Shown here piece after piece: positions 1-10,114 of a DNA stretch of 64,000 bases (the stretch's first letter is position 1; each line of letters begins with the position of its first letter). Origin of the DNA: an uncultured Acidobacteriota bacterium (lineage in GTDB: Bacteria > Acidobacteriota > UBA6911); contig CAWEJX010000007.1 in assembly GCA_963809485.1 (NCBI GenBank), positions 416,001 through 480,000 of the forward strand, in the 5' to 3' direction. The position numbers were made by a program, and so were the translations under genes. The notes beneath the pieces were generated by a model. It did no database searches, was not told the origin of the DNA, and was given only the letters and a program-made list of their open reading frames with translations.

Positions 1-601
1 CGTCGGAAAAATAACTGGACAATGAGATCTTCTTTCGCAACACGCCCACAACCGTAAAGCGTATGCCGTTGATGAAGACGTCCTGGTCCAGCGCAGGCGC
101 CTGGCTGAAAAGCTTTTTCTTCACGCCGCTTCCCAGCACGACCACCCGGCGCATTGCAGAGACATCTTCCGCACTGAGGAAGCGCCCTTCCTGAATATAC
201 ATGCCGCGCATGGCGCCGTATTCATCATTTACCGCGCGGATTCCCGCGGTCGTGATCCGGTCGCCCCAGCGCAGCTGAAATTCGTCGTAAACCTCCGGGC
301 TCACGCGCTTCACCAGCGTGCAACGCTGCCGGATCGCTTCCACGTCGTCCGGCTGCGTTCGAATGACCCGGCCCGATCTCGAGCCGCCCGCCTGCATGGA
401 GGTCTGGCCGTTCCAGACGACCACGACGTTATCTCCAAAATATTTCATGCCCAGCAGCAGGGCCCGCTGGAAATCCTCGCCATAGGCGATCAGCAGGATG
501 AACGATGCGATCCCCCAGGCGATCCCCAGCACCGTCATGACGGAGCGCTTCCCGTACGCCGCCAGATTTTCGATGACCCGCCGAACTATTTCGAGAACCA
601 T
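1..601 (-). CDS. ABC transporter permease, MacB/FtsX family (3' part runs off the window)
   Basis: Own translation from ATG at 601 (RBS GGAG): MVLEIVRRVIENLAAYGKRSVMTVLGIAWGIASFILLIAYGE...VWNGQTS. Paralogous to the N-terminus of the neighbouring permease. Confidence 0.85.
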   Translation of the reverse strand, partial: MVLEIVRRVIENLAAYGKRSVMTVLGIAWGIASFILLIAYGEDFQRALLLGMKYFGDNVVVVWNGQTSMQAGGSRSGRVIRTQPDDVEAIRQRCTLVKRVSPEVYDEFQLRWGDRITTAGIRAVNDEYGAMRGMYIQEGRFLSAEDVSAMRRVVVLGSGVKKKLFSQAPALDQDVFINGIRFTVVGVLRKKISLSSYFSD

Positions 602-609
602 CTTTCTCC

Positions 610-770
610 AATTACGAATGACGAATGCAAACAAACTCCGTGTATAAACATTATCGAACTATTATTTCGGGCAATTTTCATTTGCATACCATATCAAGCA
701 ACTACTCTATTCATTCATATGTATGTTTCCATTCGTAATTCGTCATTCGTAAATCGTAATTCGTCATTCA
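610..770. repeat. ~160-bp intergenic element bounded by inverted heptamer arrays (ACGAAT[G/T] ... [C/A]ATTCGT), copy 1
   Basis: Begins AATTACGAATGACGAATG and ends CATTCGTAATTCGTCATTCGTAAATCGTAATTCGTCATT. The AT-rich core is colinear with 2015-2178. Confidence 0.85.
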
Positions 771-2008
771 TGTCTGAGGGCTTCTATCGGATCCACCACC
801 GCCGCCATGAAGGCCGGGTAAATGCTTGAAAGCACGCCCACCAGCGTCAGGAATCCAAAAGCGAACAGCCCGATCCCGGGAGTCACGATCATGCCCGCGA
901 AAAAATCGACCTTCGGCAGCAGGTTGATCAGGGCGCAAATCCCCCAGCCGAAAGCGATGCCGGCCAGGCCGGCGGACATTGTCAGCACCATCGATTCGGT
1001 AAAAAACTGCATCAGGATCCTGCGTGTCGTGGCCCCGACAGCTTTACAGATGCCGATCTCCCGCGTCCGTTCGCCGATGGAAAGGAGCATGATGTTCATC
1101 ACCCCGACTCCGCCCAGGATCAGGGTTACGGCGGCAACGGCCCCTAAAAAAATCCGGAGTGAATCAAACACCTTCTTGATGAATTTGGCCTGCTGAACGG
1201 TATTCCAGATAGACACGGCGTCTTCATCCAGATAGTCGAAATTCTTTTCCTCGGCAAGTATCCGGCGCACCTGTAACTCGGCCGCCTCTCCAAGGTCGGC
1301 GCTCCGCGCCTGAAGGATGATATTGCTTAGCTCAAATTTGCCTTTGGCGGCAGCGGGCAGCGGAAAGTCGCGGGACATCGCATAGAAAGGAATAAATATT
1401 TTCTTCTTGTCCGGCCCGCTGTAGTTGGAGTTTTGGTCCTTGGGAATCAATTCTCCTATGACGAGATAGGGAAAATCTCCGATCATAACCGTCCGGCCGA
1501 AGGGATTTTCCTTGTTGAACAGCTGCTCTTTGACTTCATCTCCCAATATACAAACGCGCAAGGCCTTTTCGTTATCCCCTTGATTAATGGGCCGGCCTCC
1601 CGGCTTCAATTCGATGGTACGCATCTGCATATAGTCGGGAAATACTCCGTGAGTCCTGAAGGTGCCGTTGTTGATGCTGGACCGGGCAGAAAGCGATCTC
1701 TGGATTTCGGGGCTCGAGCGCTGGAGGTACGTGGCCTTTTCTTTCAGCAGGAAGTAGTCCTTAAGCGTAAGCCTGATGGTCTTTCCGGCTCGGATCCCAC
1801 CGGCGGATTTGCTCGTTGTCCCGCCCCAAGCAATGAGGATGTTCTGGCCGAGGGCGCGCGCCTTCTCCCTCTGTGCAACCCACATCCCTTCGCCCATCGA
1901 CGTCATAAGAATGAGGCAGACCAGGCCCCAGGCGATTCCGAACATGGTCAGGAACGACCGGGTCTTATTGGCAGCCAGATTCAACAGCGTCTGTTTCAGC
2001 AAAGCCAT
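764..2008 (-). CDS. ABC transporter permease, MacB family
   Basis: RSFLTMFGIAWG, GGVGVMNIMLLSIGERTREIGICKAVGAT and DPIEALRHE motifs. Start trimmed to MALLKQ because the extra 30 aa of the ORF lie in the repeat element. Confidence 0.92.
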   Translation of the reverse strand: MALLKQTLLNLAANKTRSFLTMFGIAWGLVCLILMTSMGEGMWVAQREKARALGQNILIAWGGTTSKSAGGIRAGKTIRLTLKDYFLLKEKATYLQRSSPEIQRSLSARSSINNGTFRTHGVFPDYMQMRTIELKPGGRPINQGDNEKALRVCILGDEVKEQLFNKENPFGRTVMIGDFPYLVIGELIPKDQNSNYSGPDKKKIFIPFYAMSRDFPLPAAAKGKFELSNIILQARSADLGEAAELQVRRILAEEKNFDYLDEDAVSIWNTVQQAKFIKKVFDSLRIFLGAVAAVTLILGGVGVMNIMLLSIGERTREIGICKAVGATTRRILMQFFTESMVLTMSAGLAGIAFGWGICALINLLPKVDFFAGMIVTPGIGLFAFGFLTLVGVLSSIYPAFMAAVVDPIEALRHE

Positions 2009-2014
2009 AATGTA

Positions 2015-2178
2015 AATTACGAATGACGAATGACGAAAACAATGCAACCAAACTGAATGCATAAACATCATCGGATTATTGTCTCGGACAGTTTTCATCT
2101 GCCCGCCATATAGAACAGCTTCTCTATTCCATTATATGTGTGTTTCAGTTCGTCATTCGTCATTCGTAATTCGTCATT
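2015..2178. repeat. heptamer-flanked intergenic element, copy 2
   Basis: Same inverted ACGAATG/CATTCGT arrays. Core matches copy 1 at 86/113 positions without gaps (manual count). Confidence 0.85.
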
Positions 2179-2180
2179 TA

Positions 2181-3422
2181 TTATTGTAGGATCAAAGGGT
2201 CTCCGGGCTTCAATCCCGAAAGCAGTTCGGCGCGCGAGCCGTTGCCCAATCCTGTTTTTACGGCAACCTGGCGCCGGCCCGTTTTTGTTGAGGCGTCCGG
2301 CACTTCCACGAAGGTCTCGCGCTTTTCGTTGTAAATCAGGGCACTCTCCGGGATGAGAAGCACATTGTGATGCTCCTCAAGGATGATTTCGGCGTTGGCG
2401 CTCATGTTGACCTTCAGGAGGTCGAGGTCATCCAGGATCGACACGCGCACTTCGAAGCGCGTGACGTTATCCTTCTCAACTCCCATGGGCGCTATCCGGA
2501 ACACTTTCCCCTGGAAAATGCGGTTTTTGTATGCATCGACCGTGACGCGCACGGGCTGACCCACCTTCACCAGCCCGATGTCCGTCTCGTCGACCCTGCC
2601 TTTTATGTAAAGCTCCTGAACATCACCCAGCGTCATTATCAGCGTCGCGTTGGATCCCAGCTGGAGAATCGACGAAACGGCGTCGCCCACTTCCACTTCG
2701 CGGCTCAAGACCACCCCATCGATGGGCGAGCGGATGGAGGCGTATTTCAGGTTTTCCTCGGCCCTTTCATGCCGCGCCTGCGCCTGAATCACCGCCGACC
2801 TGGCTTTCTCGATTGTCCGGCTGTTCTGCTCTATTTCCGCCTCCCGCACTCCCACTGCGGCATTCAGGGTTTTCTGGGCCACCTCCGCCGATTTCATTTT
2901 CTGCTCCATGCTGTCGAAATCGGATTTTGAGATCAAACCCTGGCCGAAGAGCTGTTGCTGGCGCCGGTATTCCGCGCTCATGAATTCAAAATCCCTGTTT
3001 TCGGCTTCAAGCTGCGACTTCTTCAGGTTCGCGCGCAGTGTTTTGCCTTGGGATTCCATTTCCTGAAGACTGCTTTCAGCGGATCTCAAAACCGCCTCCG
3101 CCTCTTTAAGCTCCGCTTCCAGCGTCTCCTTATCGAGTTCAACCAGAAGCTGCCCTGCGCGAACGCGATCTCCCGAATTGACGTAGAGGTATTTGATGAG
3201 TCCGCTTGCCTTCGACTTGATATCCACTTTGGAGAGCGGTTCGACTTTCCCGGTGGCCACGACAGATCGGGCGATGGAGCCCGGCTCGACTTTGGCCAGC
3301 TTTTCCGGCGGGATGGTTTTGTCGACTTCGAACAGGGCCCCAAACAGCCAATATCCGCCGAATAGAAGCAGAAGCCCGACAATCGACAGGAATGAAAAGG
3401 TAAACAGATGCTTTTTAGCCAT
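2181..3422 (-). CDS. efflux periplasmic adaptor subunit (MacA/HlyD family)
   Basis: N-terminal TM, VVATGKVEP, lipoyl halves (GDRVRAGQLLVELD; IRSPIDGVV), coiled coil, VDETDIGLVKVGQ. Confidence 0.92.
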   Translation of the reverse strand: MAKKHLFTFSFLSIVGLLLLFGGYWLFGALFEVDKTIPPEKLAKVEPGSIARSVVATGKVEPLSKVDIKSKASGLIKYLYVNSGDRVRAGQLLVELDKETLEAELKEAEAVLRSAESSLQEMESQGKTLRANLKKSQLEAENRDFEFMSAEYRRQQQLFGQGLISKSDFDSMEQKMKSAEVAQKTLNAAVGVREAEIEQNSRTIEKARSAVIQAQARHERAEENLKYASIRSPIDGVVLSREVEVGDAVSSILQLGSNATLIMTLGDVQELYIKGRVDETDIGLVKVGQPVRVTVDAYKNRIFQGKVFRIAPMGVEKDNVTRFEVRVSILDDLDLLKVNMSANAEIILEEHHNVLLIPESALIYNEKRETFVEVPDASTKTGRRQVAVKTGLGNGSRAELLSGLKPGDPLILQ

Positions 3423-3435
3423 GATTCCTCCATCG

Positions 3436-3690
3436 CTAATTTCCAATACGAAAATCGGGAGGAATAAGTTTGCGGAATTTTGCGAGGAAAGATCGGGGCA
3501 GAGTCTTTAGGGCTTTCAGCCTTAAGCAGCAATCGCCGCAACATGAGCAGATAAACTGAACATCTCGCTGATTGCTCGGCTCAAGCACGAGTCCCTCTTC
3601 CTCGTTTTTGGCTGCGATTTCCAGAGCTTCCTCTTTGTTGATGGATCTGCCCCATCCCATCCTTCCCATCAAATCGCCAAAATCCCTGCG
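3436..3690 (-). pseudogene. internal fragment of a 4Fe-4S binding protein
   Basis: GWGRSINKEEALEIAAKNEEEGLVLEPSN...FICSCCGDCC is a typical internal segment of anaerobe Fe-S proteins. The N-terminus and C-terminal ferredoxin domain are missing. Confidence 0.65.
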
Positions 3691-3734
3691 GCCAGCTCAG
3701 CTATCGGATTGGAAGCTCGCAGTTGCCGACAGCG

Positions 3735-3930
3735 ATATTATTCAGTACGGCAATCGGCCTAGCTTCCTGCTTGAATCTCTCGCTGTACTGCTCCTTGACC
3801 TTCTTTATCGCCACGATGCGGCCCGGGCGGGTGTCCCGCGCCTTCCATACATCTCCATGCCCCCGGCACCTGCTGGCGAGAGGATTTCGCATGGGCCGAG
3901 TTTGGTGCCAGCGGTGAAGAGGGATAGGTA
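3735..3930 (-). pseudogene. N-terminal remnant of a Ser/Thr protein kinase, frameshifted
   Basis: AGTKLGPCEILSPAGAGGM, then a frameshift into VWKARDTRPGRIVAIKKVKEQYSERFKQEARPIAVLN (subdomains I-III), then truncation. Confidence 0.8.
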
Positions 3931-4044
3931 TCATAAGCTGCCGACCGCTCATGAAATACCTCCAAGCGGCTGCCTTATAGCCTTCCGATAATCGCCGATT
4001 ATGTAAACTTGAGAGCTTCGTAACGTCCGTCCCCCGTCTTGTTT

Positions 4045-6096
4045 TTACTTTTTGATGCGGACGTCTACTACTTTGGCTCCTTGTCCCTCCGGATAAACGA
4101 TAACGGGATTCAGGTCCATTTCCGCGATTTCGGGCAGATCGACGGCCATTTGGGATACAGAGACCAGCAGGCGCTCCACAGCGGCCAGATCGGCGGCAGG
4201 GAGGCCCCGCCCGCCCTTGAGCAGCGGGAGCGACCGGATTTCCCGGACCATTCGCGCGGCGCCTGCCTCGGAGAGAGGCGCCATCCGGAAGGAGACATCC
4301 TTGAGCGATTCCACGTGAACGCCGCCCAATCCGAACATGACAACCGGACCCACGCCCGGTTCGCGTTTAAGCCCTATGATGACTTCCGTCCCCGGCGGGC
4401 ATTGCTCCTGCACGACCAGATTCGCGCCCGGAAACCGGCCGGACATTTCTTCGACTGCCTTCTGAAGCGTTGCCTTGCGGGCGATGTTCAGAGCAACTCC
4501 CCCCGCATCGCTCTTGTGAACGACCTCCGCGCTGTCGACTTTCACCGCCACGGGAAATTTCAGCCCGGAGGGCAGCTGCGTCCCGGTCAACGGAACCGTG
4601 CGGGCGGCGGCGATCTTATAGGCATCCAGCACTTTGAAGGCAGCCGTTTGCGAAACGAATCCAGCAGGCTGTCTGGCCAGTATCTCCTGTGCCTCGGCCT
4701 TGTTTCCCGAAACAATGGCCGGCGGTTCGGCAAGGCGCTTACGGATTTCACCGTAACGCACCATGGCAGCCAGGACGCGCGCGCCTGTCTCCGGGAAGTC
4801 GAAGACCGGGATTCCCGCGCTCTTGATGGTTTCGACTGTTTTTGCCCAATTCTCGTTGGTCATGACGACGGCGATGATGGGCTTGGTCGCTTTACGCGCC
4901 GTCTCGGCAATGCTTCGGGCAATGGCTTCGCAATCCACGAAAAACGGTGTGACCATAGGAATGAGTATGGAGTCGACGCCCGGGTCATCGTTCAGGCAGG
5001 ACAGAGCCAGGGCGAAATGGTCGGCGTTGGCCGTTGCGGCGACATCGACGGGATTCTCCACGTAGGATTCCGCAATCAGCCCGGCGCGCAGCCTGCTCTT
5101 CGTTTCCTCAGTAAACCTGGCCAGCGAGAGCCCGTGGCCCACGCACTCATCCACGGCCATGATGCCGGGACCGCCGGCGTTCGCGATGATGCCCACGTTC
5201 GGACCGGCCGGCACCGGCTGGGTGGCGAACGCGTATGCCGCGGAGATCATCTCTTCCGTCGTGTTGAACCGCATCACGCCGGCGTGCTCGAATATCGTGT
5301 CCGTCAGGGAGTCCCTCTGCATGAGCGATCCCGTATGGGAGCTGACCGCCTTGGCGGCGGCCGCGGTGCGCCCGGTCCGGATCGCCAGTATGGATTTTTC
5401 GCGGGCAATGCGCCTGCAGCGCTCGATGAATCCGGGGGTATCCTTCATGCTTTCGATATGCATGATGATGGTCCGCGTCTCCGGATCATTGCCCAGATAA
5501 TCCAGCAGTTCGTTGGTATTCACATCGGTGGCATTGCCGTGGGATGCATAGATGCGGAAACCCGAGCCCATCCTGCGCAGGTTCAGGTTGAGCATCTCCG
5601 CCACACCGCCGCTCTGGGCAAGGATCGAGGCCTTGCCGGGACGCATCGGCGTAAAGGTGAAGTTGGCGTAGACGGAAATTTCCGGATCCGAATTCATGAC
5701 TCCCTGGGAATTCGGGCCATAAACACGCACGCCGTATCGGCGGGCCGCGTCGAGCAGGGCATCTTCGAGTTTGGCGCCTTCCTCTCCCATCTCGCGGAAC
5801 CCGGCAGTGTGGATGATGACGAACTTGACGCCCATTTTCCCGCAGTCCTCGACCACCTGCGGAACCATGGTGTTCTTGACCACTATGCTCGCGATATCCA
5901 CCGGTCCGGGCACATCCAGGATGCTCGGGTATGCCTTCAGGCCAAGGATTTCGGGCTCCTTCGGATGAATCGGAAAAATCGGGCCCTTGAAGCCGTGGTC
6001 CAGCAGGTTCTTGACGACGCGGTTTCCAATCGAAAAAGTATTGTTGGAAGCCCCTATGACGGCGACGCCGCGGGGCCGGAACAGTGAATCAAGCAT
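4045..6096 (-). CDS. acyl-CoA synthetase (ADP/NDP-forming), alpha-beta fusion (AcdA/B family)
   Basis: LDSLFRPRGVAVIGAS CoA-binding start, GPNSQG, SQSGG-like, phospho-His SHTGSL, ENPVD, ATP-grasp HKSDAGGV and EMDLNPV. Confidence 0.92.
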   Translation of the reverse strand: MLDSLFRPRGVAVIGASNNTFSIGNRVVKNLLDHGFKGPIFPIHPKEPEILGLKAYPSILDVPGPVDIASIVVKNTMVPQVVEDCGKMGVKFVIIHTAGFREMGEEGAKLEDALLDAARRYGVRVYGPNSQGVMNSDPEISVYANFTFTPMRPGKASILAQSGGVAEMLNLNLRRMGSGFRIYASHGNATDVNTNELLDYLGNDPETRTIIMHIESMKDTPGFIERCRRIAREKSILAIRTGRTAAAAKAVSSHTGSLMQRDSLTDTIFEHAGVMRFNTTEEMISAAYAFATQPVPAGPNVGIIANAGGPGIMAVDECVGHGLSLARFTEETKSRLRAGLIAESYVENPVDVAATANADHFALALSCLNDDPGVDSILIPMVTPFFVDCEAIARSIAETARKATKPIIAVVMTNENWAKTVETIKSAGIPVFDFPETGARVLAAMVRYGEIRKRLAEPPAIVSGNKAEAQEILARQPAGFVSQTAAFKVLDAYKIAAARTVPLTGTQLPSGLKFPVAVKVDSAEVVHKSDAGGVALNIARKATLQKAVEEMSGRFPGANLVVQEQCPPGTEVIIGLKREPGVGPVVMFGLGGVHVESLKDVSFRMAPLSEAGAARMVREIRSLPLLKGGRGLPAADLAAVERLLVSVSQMAVDLPEIAEMDLNPVIVYPEGQGAKVVDVRIKK

Positions 6097-6160
6097 AATG
6101 GCTCCTTAAGGAAAAATTAGTGTTCTGTGGAGTTGGCAACTCGCGAACGGGCAACCGGAA

Positions 6161-7372
6161 CTACTGGATTGCTCCTGCTTCTCTGAGCTTCGCAATTTCC
6201 TCCTTGCTGCAGCCGATTTCGAGCAGCACCTCTTCCGTGTGCTCACCCAGGTCCGGCGCCTTCCTTCTCCAGGATGCCGGCGTTTCGCTGAGATCCCAGG
6301 GGAATCCCATGGTCTTTGTGGGCCCGTGAACAGGGTGATCGATATTAATCATGTAGTTGTTCGCCAGCACCTGCGGGTCCTCCACAACTTCAGGGATGTT
6401 TTGGACCGGAGTATAGATGCAGCCGTGTTCTTCCAGGATCTTCATCCATTCATCCCGGGTTTTGCTGGCAAAAAGCCCGTCAAAAATGGCGATCAGTTCT
6501 TCGCGGTTGGCCGAACGGGCGGCAAAAGTGCTGAATCTCGGGTCATTGATCAGATTCTCGATTCCCAGGGCGCCGCAAACCTTCGCCCACCACCGGTCGG
6601 GGTCCAGGTGGGCGATGGCGATCCATCTGTCGTCTTTGCAGCGATAATGGTTGTACATGGGATTTCCCATTTGGGTTCTCACAAATCTGTGAAATTCCTG
6701 CTTCAGCATGGCCGTGCCGGACATAAGGTGCCCGATCAGGGCGACGACGCTGCCCATCAGCGAAGTGTCGACCACCTGGCCTTTGCCGGTCCGCTCGCGC
6801 GCAAAGAGCGCCAGGCATACGCCCCAGGCGCTTATGAGCCCGCCCAGTTCGTCGCCGAGGCCGGGAAGCATCATGCAGGGAGGCGTCTGGTCTTCCCCGG
6901 CCGCCATCATCAGGCCGGACCGCGCGATGCCGGTGTAATCGAAGGAAAGGCTGTTGGCGGACGGACCCTTGCGTCCCCAGCCGGATGCCTGCGCGTAGAT
7001 GAGCCGCGGATTGCGGGCAAGAAGCGCCTCCGGACCGATCCCGAGACGGATGGGGGCCGCAATGCTCATGTTGTTTAGGAATACATCCGCCCTATCGATG
7101 AGCTTGAGGAAGACATCCAGGCCTTCCTTCTTTTTCATGTCCAGGACGATGCCCCGCTTGTTGCGGTTGGCATGCTCGAAGTAATAGTTGTACCCCTTGA
7201 CGTTGAATTCGGCCTCGATCGTCCGGAAGTGGCGCCTTGCGGGATCTCCGTCTTTCGATTCGATCTTGATCACGTCGGCACCCAGGTCCCCCAGCCGCAT
7301 ACCGGCCACCGGTCCCTGCTGAAACGTGGAAATCTCTATGACCTTGATCCCTGAGAGCGGTCCTTCTGACAT
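6161..7372 (-). CDS. CoA-transferase family III (CaiB/BaiF/FldA)
   Basis: GPLSGIKVIE, GPVAGMRLGDLGADVIKIE, NRNKRGIVLD, catalytic GLGD, APDLGEHTEEVL. Confidence 0.93.
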   Translation of the reverse strand: MSEGPLSGIKVIEISTFQQGPVAGMRLGDLGADVIKIESKDGDPARRHFRTIEAEFNVKGYNYYFEHANRNKRGIVLDMKKKEGLDVFLKLIDRADVFLNNMSIAAPIRLGIGPEALLARNPRLIYAQASGWGRKGPSANSLSFDYTGIARSGLMMAAGEDQTPPCMMLPGLGDELGGLISAWGVCLALFARERTGKGQVVDTSLMGSVVALIGHLMSGTAMLKQEFHRFVRTQMGNPMYNHYRCKDDRWIAIAHLDPDRWWAKVCGALGIENLINDPRFSTFAARSANREELIAIFDGLFASKTRDEWMKILEEHGCIYTPVQNIPEVVEDPQVLANNYMINIDHPVHGPTKTMGFPWDLSETPASWRRKAPDLGEHTEEVLLEIGCSKEEIAKLREAGAIQ

Positions 7373-7588
7373 TGCATTCCTCCCGATGAGTTAATTTCCA
7401 GAAATCTTTCAACCGGGGATGCCTGCATGGAATCTGGCCCCCGGCAACGCGAGGGCCAATATATCACAGGGATCCGCCGGACCGCCACGCTAACGGTGGC
7501 CGGCCGGGCCGATCCTGAAACAATTGCAAAACGGAATGGAACCTCCGGGCCGGCTATTTCGTTTTAACGGGCAAGGAGGCATTTCGCC

Positions 7589-8578
7589 ATGAAACACTAC
7601 CCGTTGCGCATCGCGGCCATTATCGCTTTGACCAGTCTGATCGGATGCCTGACGGCATTCCCGGCTGTGGAGGGAAGATTTGAGCGAACGTTGACTGTGG
7701 CCGGCCCGGTCACCCTGGAAGTCACGACCGGCTCCGGAAGTATCGACGTGAAGGCAGGCAATTCCGGCTTCGTCAGGATTCGGGGAGTGATTAAGGCCCG
7801 GGATGACCGGCACGCGAGCGCGGAAGAGAAGATCAAATACCTGGAATCTCAACCGCCGATCGAGCAGAGCGGCAATGTTATCCGCGTTGGCCGGATCGAT
7901 GACGACGATTACAGGAATAATGTCTCAATCAGCTACGAGATAGAAACACCGCCCGAGACAACCCTGACCAGCCGCGCCGGGTCCGGAGGCCAGCGGATCT
8001 ATGGGCTGCAGGGACGCGTGGAAGTTGCTACCGGCTCCGGGTCCATCAATATGGATAATATACGGGGTGATGTGAACGCACAGGCCGGCTCGGGCGGCAT
8101 CGAAGCCCACGCTGTGACCGGACGGCTCGAGTTGAGAACCGGCAGCGGGTCCATCAGGGCGTTGGGGATTGCAGGGTCCATCAGCGCAAGCACGGGCAGC
8201 GGCGGTATAACCCTGGATCTGTCGGCCGCCGAACAGGGCTCTGCCATGGACGCGGAAGCCCACACCGGTTCGGGCAGCATCGAGGTTGACGGAGTTGCCG
8301 GATCCCTTCGGGCAAGCACAGGAAGCGGAAGCATCAAGGCCGGCGGGAACCCGGCGGGGAACTGGAGCATTAATACTTCATCCGGCAGCGTTTCGCTCGA
8401 AATGTCGCCACGCGCGGCATTTGATCTTCATGCCCGGACCGCCTCCGGCCGGATAAGTGTGGAGCCGCCGGTGGAAGTTCAAGGTGAAGTCGGCAGGAAC
8501 GAGCTCCGCGGCAAGGTACGCGGCGGCGGCAGCCTGGTCGAGGTTCGTACAAGCTCCGGCAGCATATCCGTCCAATAA
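7589..8578 (+). CDS. DUF4097 beta-strand-repeat (toast-rack/putative adhesin) exported protein
   Basis: Signal peptide followed by many TGSGSI/TGSGGI repeats. Confidence 0.85.
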   Translation: MKHYPLRIAAIIALTSLIGCLTAFPAVEGRFERTLTVAGPVTLEVTTGSGSIDVKAGNSGFVRIRGVIKARDDRHASAEEKIKYLESQPPIEQSGNVIRVGRIDDDDYRNNVSISYEIETPPETTLTSRAGSGGQRIYGLQGRVEVATGSGSINMDNIRGDVNAQAGSGGIEAHAVTGRLELRTGSGSIRALGIAGSISASTGSGGITLDLSAAEQGSAMDAEAHTGSGSIEVDGVAGSLRASTGSGSIKAGGNPAGNWSINTSSGSVSLEMSPRAAFDLHARTASGRISVEPPVEVQGEVGRNELRGKVRGGGSLVEVRTSSGSISVQ

Positions 8579-8599
8579 GCGCTTCCGTATCAAATCGCG

Positions 8600-8637
8600 A
8601 TCCTCATTGCTCACGGGATCCCGTGAGCAATGAGGAT
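8600..8637. repeat. perfect 38-bp palindrome with no loop
   Basis: ATCCTCATTGCTCACGGGA|TCCCGTGAGCAATGAGGAT, directly after the DUF4097 gene. Confidence 0.9.
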
Positions 8638-8827
8638 TCGTCTGCCCGAAGGGCCGGAATTTATGGACCGGATGCACTGCTTTCAGTGTAAAATTAGGGA
8701 TGGGACCGGTTTCGGGATCTCTGCAGACACGGAGAAAGCCGCGGTTTCATGTGCTTTTTCCCCGCATTAGTCTGACTCCCTGCGTTTCCTGTTTCGCCCA
8801 TATGCCGGTCACAGAAGGAGTCCATGC

Positions 8828-10105
8828 ATGAAGACCGTAAAGATGAAGCTCGGCCATGGCTACGTCGATGTATCCGTCCCGGAAGAAAACCTGCTGGGAG
8901 TGATCCTCAAAGAGGTGCCCCCCTCCACAATGACCGAAGACGAGGCGATCCTGTCTGCGCTCGCCCAACCGATCGGCACTCCGAGGCTGAAGGAGATCGT
9001 CAAACCCGGTCAGACCGTCTGCGTTGTCGTATCCGACGTGACCCGCGCCTGGCAGAGGATGCAAGTCTACCTGCCGCATATCGTGAACGAACTGAATGAA
9101 GCGGGTGTCAGGGACAAGGACATTCGTTTCCTGTGCGCTCTCGGCTACCACCGCAATCAGACTCCCGAGGAGCACGAGAGACAGCTGGGGAAGGCGCTTC
9201 TGGAGCGTTTTGGTATCACCGATCATGACTGCATGGACAAGGCCAACCTGGTCCCTCTGGGCACAACCAGCCGCGGAACTCCCGTGACCATCAACAGAAT
9301 CGCGGCGGAGGCCGACCACCTGGTCCTGACCGGCTGCTGCACCTATCACCCGTGGGTTGGCTGGGGAGGCGGAAAGAAGTCGATTCTGCCCGGGATCTCC
9401 TCCATCGAATCCATCCAGCACAATCACCTGATGGTGATGGATGATAAGGGCCGGCAGCGTCCCGAGGTAAGGAGCGGGAATATCCAGGATAATCCGATGC
9501 ACCAGGACATGCTCGAAGTCGCTTCAATTGTGAATCCTTCGTTCATGTTCAACGTGATCATGGGGCACGACGGCAAAATCGCCCGGGCCGTGTGCGGGCA
9601 CTATGAGCAGGCGCACGCTGTGGGACGCAAAATCGTGGACGATCTCTACGCAGTGCCGATCAAAGAGCTTGCTGACATCACGATTTCGTCGCAGGGCGGG
9701 TACCCGAAGGATATCGACGTCTGCCAGACCGGCAAAGGCATCTATCACACGCAGGAAGCAACAAAGCCCGGCGGCACCATAATCATCTTGAGCGACTGCT
9801 CGGAGGGCATCGGGCCGCCGGACGCAAACACCATTTTCCTGGGCTGCGGCACAAACGCCGAGAGGGAAAAAGAGGTCCGCAGTCTATTCACAGTGGCCAA
9901 GTACGTGAGCTATTACATGTGCACCGCCGCCGAAAAATGGAACATCATCATCGTGGGCGGCGGGGATCCTGCGCTGCTGAAGAGGACCTCGCTGAAGACG
10001 GCCAGGACGGTGGAGGAAGCTCTGGAGATGGCCTTCGCCAGGGGAGGGAAGAAAATATACCTGATGCCTCAGGGTTCGAGCGCGCTTCCCAAACTTACTG
10101 CATAA
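8828..10105 (+). CDS. larA: LarA-family nickel-pincer (NPN)-dependent 2-hydroxyacid racemase/epimerase 1
   Basis: SDVTR, LGYHR, HPWVGWGGGKKSILPG, IQHNH and QTGKG match the D/R, H, H/K, H and K catalytic positions of LarA. Confidence 0.9.
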   Translation: MKTVKMKLGHGYVDVSVPEENLLGVILKEVPPSTMTEDEAILSALAQPIGTPRLKEIVKPGQTVCVVVSDVTRAWQRMQVYLPHIVNELNEAGVRDKDIRFLCALGYHRNQTPEEHERQLGKALLERFGITDHDCMDKANLVPLGTTSRGTPVTINRIAAEADHLVLTGCCTYHPWVGWGGGKKSILPGISSIESIQHNHLMVMDDKGRQRPEVRSGNIQDNPMHQDMLEVASIVNPSFMFNVIMGHDGKIARAVCGHYEQAHAVGRKIVDDLYAVPIKELADITISSQGGYPKDIDVCQTGKGIYHTQEATKPGGTIIILSDCSEGIGPPDANTIFLGCGTNAEREKEVRSLFTVAKYVSYYMCTAAEKWNIIIVGGGDPALLKRTSLKTARTVEEALEMAFARGGKKIYLMPQGSSALPKLTA

Positions 10106-10114
10106 AGGCCGCCC

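Noticed and set aside
4307-4322. parS-like TTCCACGTGAA
   Set aside because: Five mismatches to the 16-bp consensus and located inside a CDS.
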